The notes beneath the pieces are model-generated. The model did not search any database. It worked only from the letters and a program-made list of their open reading frames with translations, and was not told where the DNA came from. This document shows positions 63,954 through 64,000 of a stretch of 64,000 bases of DNA, piece after piece. The DNA comes from Mobula birostris (Eukaryota): positions 28,676,424 through 28,740,423 of the forward strand of contig NC_092398.1 in NCBI RefSeq assembly GCF_030028105.1, written 5' to 3'. Made by a program: the position numbers and the translations under genes. Numbering within the stretch: the first letter of the stretch is position 1; each line of letters opens with the position of its first letter.

Positions 63954-64000
63954 TACTTTAGTTTTATGAATCATCTTGCTGTTGGATGACAAAGTGTGTT

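Noticed and set aside
1-64000. tRNA, rRNA or CRISPR features
   Set aside because: The only tRNA-like sequences are degenerate SINE heads, and the tandem repeats lack unique spacers.

Overview
Repeat-dense vertebrate genomic DNA. The LINE/SINE content suggests a cartilaginous fish, probably a ray (inference). No prokaryotic features, rRNA, tRNA or CRISPR were found. Hidden among the transposons is a three-gene MHC-family cluster. (1) An intact 4-exon alpha-chain gene on + (46280-60670, 261 aa) has class II architecture (leader, alpha1, alpha2, TM with GxxxGxxGxxxG), but its Ig domain is beta-2-microglobulin-like ([11 protein letters not shown], Leu at the Ig-C1 Trp position). (2) A beta-chain gene on - has an intact leader (4386-4536) and beta1 exon (2981-3238) carrying class I alpha2-type residues (GxHxxQ, QFAYNG); the rest lies left of the window. 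(3) Between them is a divergent beta-chain pseudogene on - (beta1 24859-25124, beta2 13359-13632). This class I/class II mosaic matches the ancient W-category MHC (WA/WB; Okamura et al., PNAS 2021, cited from memory). The category is therefore known, but this locus, its paralog divergence and its regulation may not be described. Most of the remainder is mobile DNA: CR1, RTE, L1/Tx1, Rex1-like, Penelope, hAT, Tc1, V-SINE-like SINEs and solo-LTR-like elements. Several insertions have exact TSDs, and there are local duplications and minisatellites. All alignments were done by eye.
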